This document shows positions 28,181 to 41,649 of a DNA stretch of 64,000 nt, one piece after another. The position numbers and the translations under genes are program-made. A model generated the notes under the pieces. That model searched no databases, was not told the origin of the DNA, and worked only from the letters and a program-made list of their open reading frames with translations. The stretch lies in the NCBI GenBank assembly GCA_043228905.1, contig JBHGNT010000013.1, forward strand, positions 20,832,001 through 20,896,000, written 5' to 3'. The DNA comes from Azolla caroliniana (lineage: Eukaryota; Plantae; Polypodiophyta). Numbering within the stretch: the first letter of the stretch is position 1; every line of letters begins with the position of its first letter.

Positions 28181-30573
28181 AGCCAATCAAAATGACTATA
28201 ATAAATGGCAAGTCCAAGATCAATTGGTGTGTTCGAGCAGAATATGCCTATGTAACATCGTTGAGTCATGTATCAATGCCAAATTCATACATGTTTTTAT
28301 TATCATTATTATTATTACACATAGTGGCAATGACGCCATATGGTTAACATTAGGCATTAAGATTATAAAGGAAGTGATTAAAGAGAGAGAGAGAGAAAGG
28401 ATTAAGCTCTAGCTTTTTATAGTTTCACCTCTATCATCTTCCTTATTTAACAATACAACTTTATATATTATTCAAATGTCAATCACTCTCTTTCTACATC
28501 TACAATGAGTGTTAAGTGGATTCCAAGACTCTAGGAATTGGGAGGTTGGATATTTGTTGAATACTTTATGATTAGTTTCACAACGAAAAAGAAAATGGAT
28601 AAGATAATACAATGAATGAGCTTAGTTGGTGTAGCTATTCGTAGCTAACTAACCCAGAGGTTGAAGGCTAAAAGCCCACTTAAACACAAAGCACAAAATC
28701 GTTTTTGATAACTATGGCGATGAAAGGTGACTAGATACACCTAAGTGGACACCCATGCATAATTAGAAAAGGGAAATCGTATAGGAATGAAAACAAATGT
28801 CTAAGCTACTATAAGCGCATCCCTACGACAACTTTTTTGGGTATCATGTGATTTTTGGGTGGAGAGGTTTTCCTTGATCTTTTTATTCCGTCGTCTTTTG
28901 GAACTTCGATTTCGCATAGGGGGATTTTACGTAAGATAGTAAGACTAGATTTTGGTGTTAGAGGAGATCAATTTTGATGCAAAGTGATCGAAAGTTTTAA
29001 AGGATGATCAAGTCATACATGTGCTTTGGATTTTAACATCTTTGAATTCGTTTGTTTTTGTCCAGCCCACTCTAAACCAAAGCTTATTTATAATAGCAAG
29101 GTTTGTAATTGTCTTATTGTCTTACATCTTTTCTCGTATTAGAATAATCCATATTTATTATGTGCTAATGTATGTTTGTGTTTATGATTGAGGGACCTTT
29201 TGAAAGGAGTGTTTGTCTTTGTGTTTTGAGTGGATTGTTTATTTTGAGTGATTGAGTTAGTGTACCTATGGCAAAGTCATGAATTCTTGAGGGCCGTGAT
29301 CATTCTTCTTGTCTTTCTTACTTTGTGTTCTGATCCTACTTAAAAATAAACTAACAAAACCTACCAAAACGCATGCCCAACAATGAAGTGAGCCTACTGA
29401 AGAAGCTTGTAAATGAAGGAAACCAATGAGGCCACTCAATGAAGTGTATCAACAAAAGAAGCCTACTCTTAAGCTTATCAATGAAGCCTAATCATGAGTC
29501 TGTTTTACAAAGCTTACTCTTGTGCCTACCCATGAAACCTACCAACAAAAGTGTACATATTTTGTTAGAGAAAAGAAGATAAATGTTAGTGATAATGCTT
29601 AATAAGTATAAAGTATCCATTTCCTAGCACCTATTAGAGTATTTTGTTTTTAGTTGGGGAGTTTTAAAAGGGTAGTCATTTGTTTTACAAAATTTCCAAT
29701 AACACCCTTAAGATTTTTTAAATACCAAGATCTCTTTTCGTGTTGCCAAAACAATCCTATCTCTCTATAATAGAGAGCGATGGAGATGAAATTGGTAGGC
29801 ATCCATGGATCGCAGAACGAGCTAACAAAGAATGGGGAATCATAACATCCAATAGCTACTACTATATGGTGGGCATGTCCATCATAATTTTTAGGTGCTC
29901 TTGCTCGAGCTAGGCCTCCATATCTAAACACAAATTGTGTATATCCATTGGAGAAACCTAAATACAATCTAAAATGTGATCGATCGCATGGGTCGAACCA
30001 ATGACAAAGATTGAATTCGGATTCTCTCAATTTTTATGGCATTTAATGGTATGGATCAAACATATGTTTGTGGAATGTTTCAAGAATTAATGCTCTTAGC
30101 AATGACACATTCAATGTTGGAGACCTTAAGTATCATATAGGGTGGGTTTAGCCACATATATACGAGACCTTGAGATGCTTCTAAGGTTCCTAAAGAAAGG
30201 AGGCAAGCCTTCCTTGTCACTTGGTGACCTTGTATGGTAGTACGTATGTCCCGGATTGTTTCTCCTACATTGTTTTCTTCATGGCATTCCCAAGTATAGT
30301 TAGTAGAAATTGTTGGTAAGATCTCATGAGGATTAGGTGACATTCCACATTACTTATATAATATATATCCCTCTTTAATATAGAGAGAAAGCAAACTCAA
30401 GGGTACTCAATGTTCGACCTTTCTATATTTTCAAGGGCATATAGTGAAGCAATTGTAGAGTTAAGTTTGAAACAGAGCGCATTGGTAGGCAAGAATCACA
30501 CAGTAGACCGAATTTTGTAAACTGGATATTAGAGGGAGGAGTGATGCGGTGCATGACACATTCTCTAGACATC

Positions 30574-30751
30574 GTTGTGGGCCATGTCTATGACATACAA
30601 AAGTTTTGTTTAAATCCCAATACTCGTTAGATGATCTGTCCTTATGTACAAAAGACCAATAAGTTGTGGGCCATGTCTATGACATACAAAAGTTTTGTTT
30701 AAATCCCAATACTCCTTAGATGATCCGTCCTTATGTACAAAAGACCAATAA
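30574..30751. repeat. 89-bp tandem duplication upstream of paralog B
   Basis: GTTGTGGGCCATGTCTATGACATAC...AAAAGACCAATAA occurs twice with two mismatches. Confidence 0.9.
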
Positions 30752-31003
30752 GTTATCAAAGGAATAGGATCTGTTTTTCTGTACAAAAGAGCAATAATTT
30801 ATAAAAGGAAGGATACGTGTACTTTGGGGGTTGACCATACAAAGAGGTATAATTCCATTACATTTCTGGCTGTATTTCCATGAGATTCCTGGCATGTTTT
30901 GTGAGTCGTTGAAATTCTGCAATTCACATTACGTATCGCATTTCGCTGCGTTCTTCATCGTTGCAAGAGCCGAGATATCCGTTGCCGAGTGAGAGAGTGA
31001 GTG

Positions 31004-31011
31004 TATATATA
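31004..31011 (+). promoter_or_regulatory. Probable TATA box of paralog B, now separated from its ATG by a Copia
   Basis: GTGTATATATAGC context matches that upstream of paralog C, at a similar pre-insertion distance to the ATG. Confidence 0.6.
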
Positions 31012-31066
31012 GCCACATTTAGCATGGCCATTAGCTTCAAGAGGAATTGAGATTGAAGGAGGAAAA

Positions 31067-34000
31067 TGTAAGAAAAGTTCAGAAGATAATGGGCTGGATT
31101 GACAACAGAGAACAAGAGAGAGTTTTCAAAGAATGAAGAACAAGGTAAGATCTTATATTAAAAACAGGTGTATTGCAATGTAAGAACCTACAGAAAAATC
31201 TAGATGTAGTACCACACACACTACTAAACAATACTATCTGTTACTTCTTTGTAACTGTTGTTTTGTCTTTTTCCTTATTGTCTTTTGTAACTCATGTTTT
31301 GGCTTTATCCTCATAACTCATGTCTTATCATTTGTGGTGTAAATAGGTAATCTTAACACCCCCCCGTAGCTGTGACACCACCAACTCATCTATTTGGATG
31401 AATACTTAATCCAATATGGTGGCAGCAACTCCAATGTTTTGCGTTGGGTACTGGCTTGGTAAGAAAATCAGCCCACATAGTTTGTGTTGAAGTATGTCCA
31501 ATCGAGAGGTTAGATTCTTCAAGAAGTTCTAAGATGAAGTGATGCCGTGCACGGATATGCTTGTTCTGCTCTGTGATCTTGGGGTCCTTAGTGATTTTGA
31601 TGCAGGATTGGTTGTCACACCATAACTTGAATTCAGAAATTTTGAGGATGGCAAGTTCATCAATGATGGACTTCAACCATAATCCTTCCTTAGTAGTGAG
31701 AGTAGCTGCTATATATTCTGCTTCAGTGGAAGAGAGGGCGACAATAGCTTGTTTCTTTGTTCGCCATGAAATGGCACCACCTGCAAATAGGAATACATAG
31801 CCAGAGGTGGATCGAGAGGTATCCTTGTCCCCCCCCCCCCCCCCAATCTACATCCGTCCAACCATGTAGTGGTGTTGATAGCCAGCCTTGGATATTTGAA
31901 TTATGGGCTTTAGAGTATGATGTGTAAGTAAGTGTCATATCCCTTGTGTACTTTAGATAACGTAATACTCTTTTAAGTGCTTTCCAATGGTTAACTCCTG
32001 GATTCTCCATGAATCTTGATAGGTATCCAGTGGCAAAAGATAAGTCGGGTCGGGTGCAACTGACGAGGTATCGAATGCTCCCCAACACTTGGCGATACAG
32101 GATATTCTTCATAAAGTAAGTTTCTTCAGTTGTATGTGGTGAATCTTCAGATGATAATTTGCATGGTACTGTGAGGGGAGTGGAGATTGGAGAACACTCA
32201 AACATATCAAACTTGGTTAGTATATTATCAACAAAGTTTTCTTGTGATAGGGAGAGTGTACCTAGAGTTCGATTCCTTTTTACATGAATCCCAAGAAAAT
32301 GTTCTAGTGGCCCAAGATGTTTGATAGGGAATTGTTGTCGTAACTCTGCAATAAATTCCATTACCAAGTCTTCCGATGTCCCAACAATAGGTAAATCATC
32401 TACATAGACTCCCAAGAGTAAGAATTCTGTTCTTGTTTTCCTTATATATATATTAGGTTTCGATTGAAGTTGTTGAAATTTGATTGATAAGAGGAACCTA
32501 TGAAACTTGGCATACCATTGTCTAGGGGATTGTTTTAGGCCATATAAAGGTTTGTTAAGTTTACACACATACTTAGGGTCTATATTATTATCTAACGTTT
32601 GGGGTTGTTCCATATATATATCTTCTTCTAAATCACCATGTAAAAACGCTGTTTCAACATCAACATGATGAAGTTCAAGATTTAAATATGCCGTAATGGC
32701 AAGAATCAATCGAAGTGCAGTGATCTTTAGAGTGGGTGAAAAAGTTTCATGGTAGTCCACACCTGGTATTTGTGAGAATCCTCGAGCTACTAATCTCACT
32801 TTGAACCTCACGGGAGTACCTAGGGCATCATATTTCTTTGTAAAAAGCCACTTACAAGTGATGACATTGGCGCGACAAGGCCGCGGTACTAATGTCCATG
32901 TGTGATTCTTTTGGAGTGCTGAGAATTCAGATTTAATTGCCGCAACCCAATTGTCTTTTTCTTTACTTTTTAATGCTTGCTTGAAGGTGAGAATTGGAGC
33001 TGTGTCGTAGTTGTCTCCTTCGATGATGGCTGCAAAGATGGATATGTCGGACTCCGTCTCTGTTGCGAAGTGACATGTGGACTTTTCAAGCACCTCGTCC
33101 TTAGTTGCATCATAGATATCACTAAGTAACCTTACCTTAGTCTTTTTAGCCCTAATTTCTTTGTCTTTTAAGGTTGTTTTGGAGAGGTTGCAGGTTTTTA
33201 GGCGGTCGAGATCCATATTCTCAGATCTGGAGCTTTGTTTTCTTGCAGTCATGGAGGATGCACAGGGTTGGATGTGGTCGCCACTCGTATGCTCAGGTTC
33301 AAGGCTTCGAGTAATATATTGTGCAGTGGATTGATTGTTGCTTTCGAGGCTCCAGTCATACACTTGTTCACCTTCGGGGCTTTGAGCATCAGATTGGCGG
33401 AAAAATTGACTACCAATTTTGAGGTTTTGAGGACACTCTGAGGTGTAAGGTTGTAGGTGACCTGAACTTGTATGTTCAGATTCACAATTTCGACATTCGG
33501 ATGTTGAGGAAGAGCTGTTGGGTTGTTGGCAGTGCATTAGCACATCCTCAGGTTCGAGACTTCGAGTGGCTAATTTGGTAATCATAGGCTTGGTGGCGGT
33601 CTTCGCAGTAGAGATTCCCAACCCCTCATCTTGAGTGGTTAAGATCTGAGAATGAGGTAATTGGTTGAGTTTCTCTCCTCTGTTTTTTGTTGCATTAGTT
33701 GTTGGCGCACCATGATTGTTGTGTAGTTCGACGTTGATGATGTTTGTCCCATCATTTTCAAATTCCATTGCTGTTGCTTGAGGAAGTCTTAACTTTGTGA
33801 TTTCCTTGGTGAGGTGTTCACTCTCGGTTTCTTTCATTACATATGATGACCTAGAAAAAAGACTTTTCTCATCAAACTCCACAGAACAACTAAATATTAT
33901 TTTACCTGTATCAGGAAGGTAAATTCTGTATGCTTTTACTCCATATGGCTCCCCATATCCAATAAATTTTCCTTTGATGCATCGATCCTCAAGTTTTGTC

Positions 34001-36504
34001 CTCTTGGCAGGTTGTATGTATGCAAATGCAGTTGCTCCAAATACTCGAAGATGTGATATCTCAGGTGGGTACCCATACCACATGGTGTATGGCACTTGTC
34101 CTTCTATACCTTGGTGAGGGGTTCTATTTTGTAGGTAACAAGCTGTGGCGACTGCTTCTTCCCAGAATCTCGAGGCCATTCCACTCGTCTTCAACATACT
34201 CCTAGCAGCATTTAATAAGGTGCGATTCTTTCTCTCGGCTATCCCATTTTGTTGAGGTGTGTAGACAGTTGACTTTTGATGAAATATACCATTTTTTTCG
34301 TTAAAGGCTTCCCATTCTTGTGAAACAAATTCCCCACCATTGTCACTTCTTATTACTTTAACTTTAAGTTGTGTTTGATTTTCAACAAAGCTCTTATATG
34401 CACAAAATGCTTTGAATGCATTTCCCTTTTGTTTAAGAAAGTTAACCATTGTAAATCGCGAAGTGTTATCAATAAATGTTATAAAGTACCTTGCTCCGGA
34501 GAGTGAGTTGGGAGTTATCGGTCCACATACATCCATGTGAACAAGTTGGAGTAGTTCCTTTGTCTTTGAGTTACTGAGCGGGAATGATTTTTGAGCCATT
34601 TTCCCATACATGCATCCTTCGCAAATATCAATAGATTTAAAGATTGTGGAAGGTAAACCTCTTACTAGGTTCTGATTTTGACACAACTTGAGTATTGGTG
34701 TATGTAGATGACCGAACCGGCAATGCCATAGATAGGTGGGAGACACATTGTCTACTCCTCCTTGATGTACTTCAACAGCTAATACTTCTCCAAGATTTGC
34801 CTTGACAGGATATAGTTGCCCTTGTTTTGGACATACAATTTTTATCTCATGTTGATCATCTTGGATGTATAGGGTAGCTTGTTGTTTGCTGAATTTGACT
34901 GTCATTCCTTTTGCAGTAGCTTGTCCCACAGATAATAGATGTTTTGCAATTCTAGGTACAAAGTATATATCTGAAATTTGTACAACATGATTACTAATGA
35001 GTCTTAATTTGATATTACCTTTCCCAACCGGCACTTTTTGACCTTTGTCTCCGAAGGTGACCTTCAATGGTATTGGGAGCTCTTGATAGTTGTCCAACCA
35101 GTCTTTTCGATATGTTAGATGGTGAGTAGCCCAGGTATCCAAGAACCAGGTGCTATCATCTTCATTTTCTTCAAATGTGTTTGCATTATATGCTTGAATA
35201 TACTCTTCTTCATCAGGTTCTCCATTTTGTTCAGGTGCATCTTCAAAAGAATATTCTGGATTTCTATCATCTTCTTGTTGGATAACCACATTATGTGCTT
35301 GGGGTCGGTTGGATAACCACATCTTCCTTCTTGCAATATCTACAGACGATTCTAAAGCTTCCATTTTGTCGTGAGTTGTTCCCTAGTATTTTTGTGCTTC
35401 ACTCTTGATGTATGTTTTGTTATTATTAGATTCATTATTTCTTACTTTTTCAGGTCTGTATCTTTGTTGGTTTGCTGGATGACCCCTTTGGAATCGATTG
35501 ATGGAGACTGCCATTGCAATCGGTTGAGCATTATTCTTCTTTTGTCGTCGAATGTCTTCATGACGGATCTTAGTAAGTAGCTCAGACAATGTTGCTGTGC
35601 TACTATGCATAGTGATGAATGTTCCCCAAGATTCGGGGAGTTTGCTTAACACTAATCCAATCTTGATGTCTTCTGAGATGGAGTTGCCGGCGGTAGTTGC
35701 ATCATCCATGGCTGCCTCCCAAGTTGATAAGAAGGTAGGAACATCTTCTTCTTCCTGTAAAACACACATATTAAACAGGGTAGCTAAGGTGTGGAGTTTA
35801 GTTGTACCATCTTGAGGTTCGTATAGTTCCTTCAGTTTTGCCCACATTGCAGTTGCAGATGTGAGTTTTCGAATAATTTCTGACTGCTTTTCATCTACAT
35901 TTAACATTATCTCTAGTCTAGCTCTTTTATCCAGCTTTCGCCACTCATGCCATTCGTCTGACTCTCGTTTTGCAGGTTCTGGACTAGCGCCAGTAGTGAT
36001 GTCGAGGAGCTCCTCAACATCAAGTAGCAGCTCCATTCGAGTCTTCCAGGTTTTGTAGTTTTTCTCCGTTAATTTGTCCAAGGTATATTTTCTGCTTGAG
36101 CTTGCCATAGTGATAGTTTTTAGATTTGTTTATTTCAGAAAATCTGTGATGAGTTTTGTTGGTTATAGGGGAGTATGAGATTCAGATTGTGCAACTGAGC
36201 TCTGATACCATGTAAGAAAAGTTCAGAAGATAATGGGCTGGATTGACAACAGAGAACAAGAGAGAGTTTTCAAAGAATGAAGAACAAGGTAAGATCTTAT
36301 ATTAAAAACAGGTGTATTGCAATGTAAGAACCTACAGAAAAATCTAGATGTAGTACCACACACACTACTAAACAATACTAGTTGTTACTTCTTTGTAACT
36401 GTTGTTTTGTCTTTTTCCTTATTGTCTTTTTTGTAACTCATGTTTTGGCTTTATCCTCATAACTCATGTCTTATCATTTGTGGTGTAAACAGGTAATCTT
36501 AACA
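31067..36504 (-). mobile_element. Young Ty1/Copia LTR retrotransposon; 5' LTR 36211-36504, 3' LTR 31067-31358
   Basis: TSD GAAAA at 31062-31066 and 36505-36509; PBS TGGTATCAGAGC; poly-G PPT; gag 35383-36108; 1213-aa pol ORF (integrase, RT YVDD). By eye the LTRs differ by about 3 substitutions and one 2-nt indel. Confidence 0.96.
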
Positions 36505-36510
36505 GAAAAG

Positions 36511-37103
36511 ATGATGATCATGAGGCTCCATATGTGTTTCCTGCTGCCTGCCCTTACCCTCCTCCTCCTCCTTACTGTATTGAGCTCCTCCTCTTTGCTT
36601 CCCTCAATCTACAGTGTGTCGGCGCAGGGCATCTCAGGAACGTGTCTCCTGAGTTTAAGCACATCGCGAGACGCTTGTGCTGGATTCTACAGCAGCGAAA
36701 CTACATGTTGCCCTGTCTATAAAACAGAAGTAAATGCTCACCCCGATTGCTATTGCGACCGCTCCCTCGATCGCACTTCCCTCGTCCAACTGGCCACTGC
36801 CTGTTCCTTCACTCTCCCCCAAAATCTCACTTCATGCTTTTCATCAGGTATAATATATTGTAATCATTTCATTAACCAGATCAAGCAGGCGATGTAGCTT
36901 AATGCACTCCATTTATTCGATCTTATCTATCCATTTATCTATGTATGTATTGGCAAAGCACCATGAATACAACCGTATTAGGATATGAAATTGGAACCTT
37001 AAATATCAAGTGATCGATTTTGAAAAACATGGATCTTGAAAATGTAAATGTTTACTGCAACATACGTGAATGATGCCTATGTGGACATGCCGGATGCTTC
37101 TTC

Positions 37104-37139
<36 letters not shown>

Positions 37140-37382
37140 CATCCGGCATGTGAATGATGCCTATGTGGACATGCCGGATGCATCCTCATAATATATATGT
37201 GCATACATTATGCATACTTGATCTGAAGCCATAGGATTTGAATAATGAAAGAAGGGTAACTGCATGTATACTTAAATTTTAAAACTGATTGTATATTTGC
37301 AGGCACATCACCACCATTCTTACCGTCAACACAAACACTCATCATGACGGCTGTAACAATTGTGGTGGCTTTGTTCATGTGA
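36511..37382 (+). CDS. Paralog B: single-8CM secreted, probable GPI-anchored protein; exons 36511-36847 and 37303-37382
   Basis: Signal peptide; 8CM domain (TCLLSLSTSRDAC...CC...CYC...C...C); phase-1 intron; short exon GTSPPFLPSTQTLIMTAVTIVVALFM*; spliced length 417 nt, in frame. Confidence 0.8.
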
Positions 37383-39006
37383 AGGAAGTATTTATATTTG
37401 ATGATGATCCAAAATAGCCTACTGTCAGTACACAAGAAAATATGTACCTAATACCTTGCACTGTAATATCTCCCATAACATTCCCAATAATGATCAAAAT
37501 ACGTGTATGTATGTGTGTCCTTAGTGAGAGACCCATGTCTTAAGAACAAAATCACAATTCTTTTTGTATTCAATTGTGAGATTGCCCCAAGGGATGGAAT
37601 AATGACATATGATCGTCTATTGTAGCTTGATCAATTTTGTTTTATATTGTTGGAATCCAGCAGTCAAATGCGATAAGAAATCCAAAGATGAATGTGGATA
37701 TGGTAAGGTATAAGTCAATGATTAAGTCTCAAAGTAATTTGGTCTATGGGAATTTCGTAGACTTCATTTGTCCAAGATTTCTCCAAAGATGACGATAATT
37801 TTGAGAAATCTGGAGGGTCTTTTGGGCTGTTGGGAGATTCTGATTGTTGTTATGTGTCAATATACGATATACGCACATTGATATGAGTGAAAAATCCACA
37901 ACAACAAAGAAGATAAAGATGGATGAGATGTTTGATTAATAGAGAAATAAAGAAATATATGTCAAGGAAAAAAAAAAGTTAAGATAAATAATATATGTGG
38001 CTTAAAATTATATGCCCATTTTTGTAGTTGAATGCTATATTCATAAAAAACGTTTCATCTTGTTGTCCATCCACCTTCTCCTTCCTCCTTTACATGAGGC
38101 TCCACTACAATGCATGTCTCCAAACTCTCTTCCACTTCCACAACCATTGGCTCATCTCCATGTGCCATCTCTTTACACGACCGTTCCACTCTTGAGATGA
38201 TATACATCTCTCTTGCCTTTCGGCCTCATTATTAGCCTATGCACTGTCCCATGATGAGAAAGTATGTTCTACACCTTCTCCTTTGGTATCTTCGTTTTAC
38301 CTCAATAGGGCCTTCATATTGGCCTCACGCTTTGTCCTCATATCCAAGGAGGCCACTCCATTGTCTTCCACTTTTTGCCTTGGTTTAAGCTCCATGGCTC
38401 AATATATCCTTTTCTTCATGTGAAATCTACATACATCTTTAAGCTTTTATACGAACTTTTAATGTAGGCATCCATATTTAATACCATCATACATTTCTCC
38501 CTTGAGCTTTCTTCTCTTGGTGGAAAGGCATAAACCCCTATAGACCTCCTCGGCCTATTTTAGTAGGCTTTGTCATTGTCAGTAAAATTCCCATCTCCCT
38601 TTTATCATGTCGTGGGCGTACTCTTTCCACTTTACCCCAATCTTAAAGTCAACCCATTTGCTTCATCGATATCTTCCAACATATCACACTTCTACGACTA
38701 TCCTCATCTACTCTTTTTTCTATTGTCAACCTTTGGACATGCCGTATCACAAACAACGTAAGCATTTAATGTAATAAGCATTGTTATGTACTGGGTCTCT
38801 CTTGACAGGAGATATCGGCTGGAATGAGGACGAAATCGTCGGATCGACTAGTCGTCCGATTTGAGGATCGGTTGGTTGGTTTCGAACGAAAGGTCGAATT
38901 GAGGGCTGACTGGTTGGATTGAGTAGAGAGGTCGAACTATAGGTTGGTTGAACTTAAGGTTGACTAATCAATTCAACTAGTCGAATGACTATATATATAT
39001 ATATAT

Positions 39007-40208
39007 TGTGAAATGCACATAAGAGATCCAAACCAGTATAGCTAGCTTCATACTTATCATTCAATATATAGAAGATACAAAGAACCCATTTTGGGACGGC
39101 CTAGCTACACGTGTCCCAAAATGGTGTGCTAAAAGGGTGGGCTAAAATGGGTGATGTGCTAAACGGGAGTAGCTAAAAGAGTGGTGTGTTCAAATGCATG
39201 CTCTTGCATGAAAGGGACACCACATTTCTCCCCTCAGAAAAACAAGAGATTGAGGGGCATGAGTGACCATGTGTGGTCCTTGTCGGGAACTGGAACGGTC
39301 CTCGCTGAGAGTTGGAACACGAACACCAACGGGCGTGAGCAACCATGTTGTCCTCACCGAGAATTGGAACACGAACGAGTGAGTGACCATGTGGCCCTCA
39401 CCGGGAACTGGAACACGAACAACACGGGCATGAGCGATCATGTCGGTCCTCACTGGGATCTGGAACACGAACAATAGTTGGAGTGAGCGGCCATATGCGG
39501 TCCTCACCGGAGACTGGAACACAAACGGGAGTGAGCGACCATGTGGCCCTCACCAGGAACTCGAACACGAATGGGTGTGAGCGGCCATGTGCGGCCCTCA
39601 TCGAGAACTCGAACACGAACGGGTGTGAGCGACCATGCGTCCCTCACCAGGAACTAGAACACGAACACCAACGGGAGTGAGCAGCCATGTGTGGCCCTCA
39701 TCGGGAACTCAAACACCAACGGGCATGAGCGACCATGCGGCCCTCACTGGGAACTGGAACACGAACACGAACACGAAAGAAACTAAAAAATAGAGACAAT
39801 GAAGCGATGTTGATGATGAAGCAGTGGATATCGGGAGGCCTAACTAGTGAACTAAGGCGGTGCTAATAGAAGAGATACTACTACAAGAGACTAACAAGAG
39901 TGTCGGTGATGGTGGTGAGGGCGATGCTACCTACGAAGCGGAAGAGGCGGATGCTTGGATGTGGGGGACTGGGACCCATCATCTCCACCAATATGTGAAA
40001 TGCACATAAGAGATCCAAACCAGTCTACCTAGCTTCATACTTATCATTCAATATATAGAAGATACAAAGAACCCATTTTGGGACGGCCTAGCTACACGTG
40101 TCCCAAAATGGTGTGCTAAAGGGGTGGGCTAAAATGGGTGATGTGCTAAACGGGAGTGGCTAAAAGAGTGGTGTGTTCAAATGCATGCTCTTGCATGAAA
40201 GGGACACC

Positions 40209-40211
<3 letters not shown>
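39007..40211 (-). mobile_element. TRIM-like non-autonomous LTR element with internal minisatellite, inserted in (TA)n
   Basis: 218-bp TG..CA direct repeats at 39007-39224 and 39994-40211; minus-strand PBS TGGTGGAGATG (39980-39990); PPT TGAGGGGAGAAA; no recognisable coding domains. Confidence 0.88.
39257..39775. repeat. Tandem minisatellite, about 11 units of 44-50 bp
   Basis: Consensus approximately GTGAGCGACCATGTGGCCCTCACCGGGAACTGGAACACGAAC(ACCAAC)GGG. Confidence 0.9.
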
Positions 40212-40242
<31 letters not shown>

Positions 40243-40246
<4 letters not shown>

Positions 40247-41649
40247 AGAAGTTATAATTAACTAATTAGCGGATAGTGCGCAAGTACATAGTTAATTTCT
40301 AAATGTAACTGCACACCACAAATTATTAGTAAAAATAGTTTTCATGTTAATTGTTATTCAAAGAAGCCTACCTCATTTTCCCCTCCACTTTCTCTTTTAT
40401 ATAAAGAGGAAGTTGGGGAACCTGTTTGACGAGCTCTCTGCATCCTTACATCTCTTAGCTATTATTCTTAGTTGTTACATTACTGACTTGCTAAATTTAT
40501 CTAAATTCCTTGTTGTTTGTTCCAAGTTATTCCATAGCTTCTGCTTGTTATAAGTTTGTACAATGTGTCAAAAACTTAACATTGTAATAGAGCATCAATA
40601 GTACGAAGCTTGAAAATATATATCCTTGTCCATACTCTAGTTTTGTTGTTCAACTATATATTATATTATATTGGCAATCTCCACTCAGACAAGTCAGAAA
40701 ATACTCGGTAGATAAACTTACTGCAAAAAACTATAGAACTTAGAAACCAAGGATGGAGATACTACTTGATCTAGAGGCGCTACTTGAAGTCATTACCAGA
40801 ACTTGTCAAGCACCAAAAAGTACACAATCAGAAGCATGGAAAGATTGGAAAAACAAAGACAAAAGGGAAAAGCTTGAAATACTACCACATGTAGAAGACA
40901 AGCAAGCTGATGTCATTTGAAAACTCACAACTGCAGCAGAAATGTGGTCCAAACTAAAACAAATGTTTGAACCACAAGATGGTACTACTAGAATCCATAC
41001 TCTTGCTACCTTGTTTCACATGTGTGTTTTGTAGAGAGAAGAAAATGTTCTTACCTTCTTCGATATATCTCGAAGAAGCCAGTACTGCGGGAAATGAAAT
41101 CCTACAAGAAAATTGACGATTGGGCTCCTACTAAGTAAACTTCTGGAATCTTGGAGTACTTTTGTCACCATGATTAGTGAAGGTAATTCTTTCATTGTGT
41201 GATTTGATTGCCAAGATCCTCCATTAAAAACTTCGGCGACAATTAAAAGAATCCACTCAGTCTCTGACAATGACTGCAACATTTAGCAAAACACAAAAAT
41301 AATCTTATAATAATAGATATAGAGCTAAATCAAATGCTTTAAAAAATGCAAAAATATCAAGTACCAACAAGGTAAATTATTGCTTGGAAAGCTTCAACAA
41401 AACAGTTCAATGGTGGTTTCAAATTGATTTACAGATACTGCAAGAAAGAAGGGCATACGGAAAGGGTGTGTCAATTCAAGCAAGCTGTAGAAAACAAAAG
41501 ACAATCACAAACAAATAATGCAACATTAGAAGAAAAATCAAACTCGAAGTCAAAAGAATATATAGAATTTGGATGGGATTTAGATGAAATACCACAAGAT
41601 GACAATATTTTGCAAAAACTAAACACGATACATTGTACCTAGACAATGG
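40243..41649 (+). mobile_element. Truncated old Copia (LTR plus gag) related to the 31067-36504 element
   Basis: RKYSVDKLTAKNYRT...FEPQDGTTRIHTLATLFHMCVL parallels the gag of 31067-36504; knuckle remnant YCKKEGHTERVC; multiple stops. Confidence 0.75.

Noticed and set aside
28615-28685. Possible tRNA-derived SINE remnant
   Set aside because: B box too degenerate and no tail or TSD visible.
31829-31844. Long poly-G (minus strand) as a programmed frameshift in RNase H
   Set aside because: Better explained as homopolymer expansion or sequencing error at the W-G-G-D codons.
35364-35385. Single in-frame TAG between gag and pol suggesting programmed read-through
   Set aside because: The zinc knuckle (IVCRYCKKE) lies in another frame and is truncated compared with the relative at about 41430, so the stop reflects frameshift and deletion damage.
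39257-39775. CRISPR-like repeat array
   Set aside because: Units are contiguous degenerate copies without unique spacers, in a eukaryotic LTR context with no cas genes.
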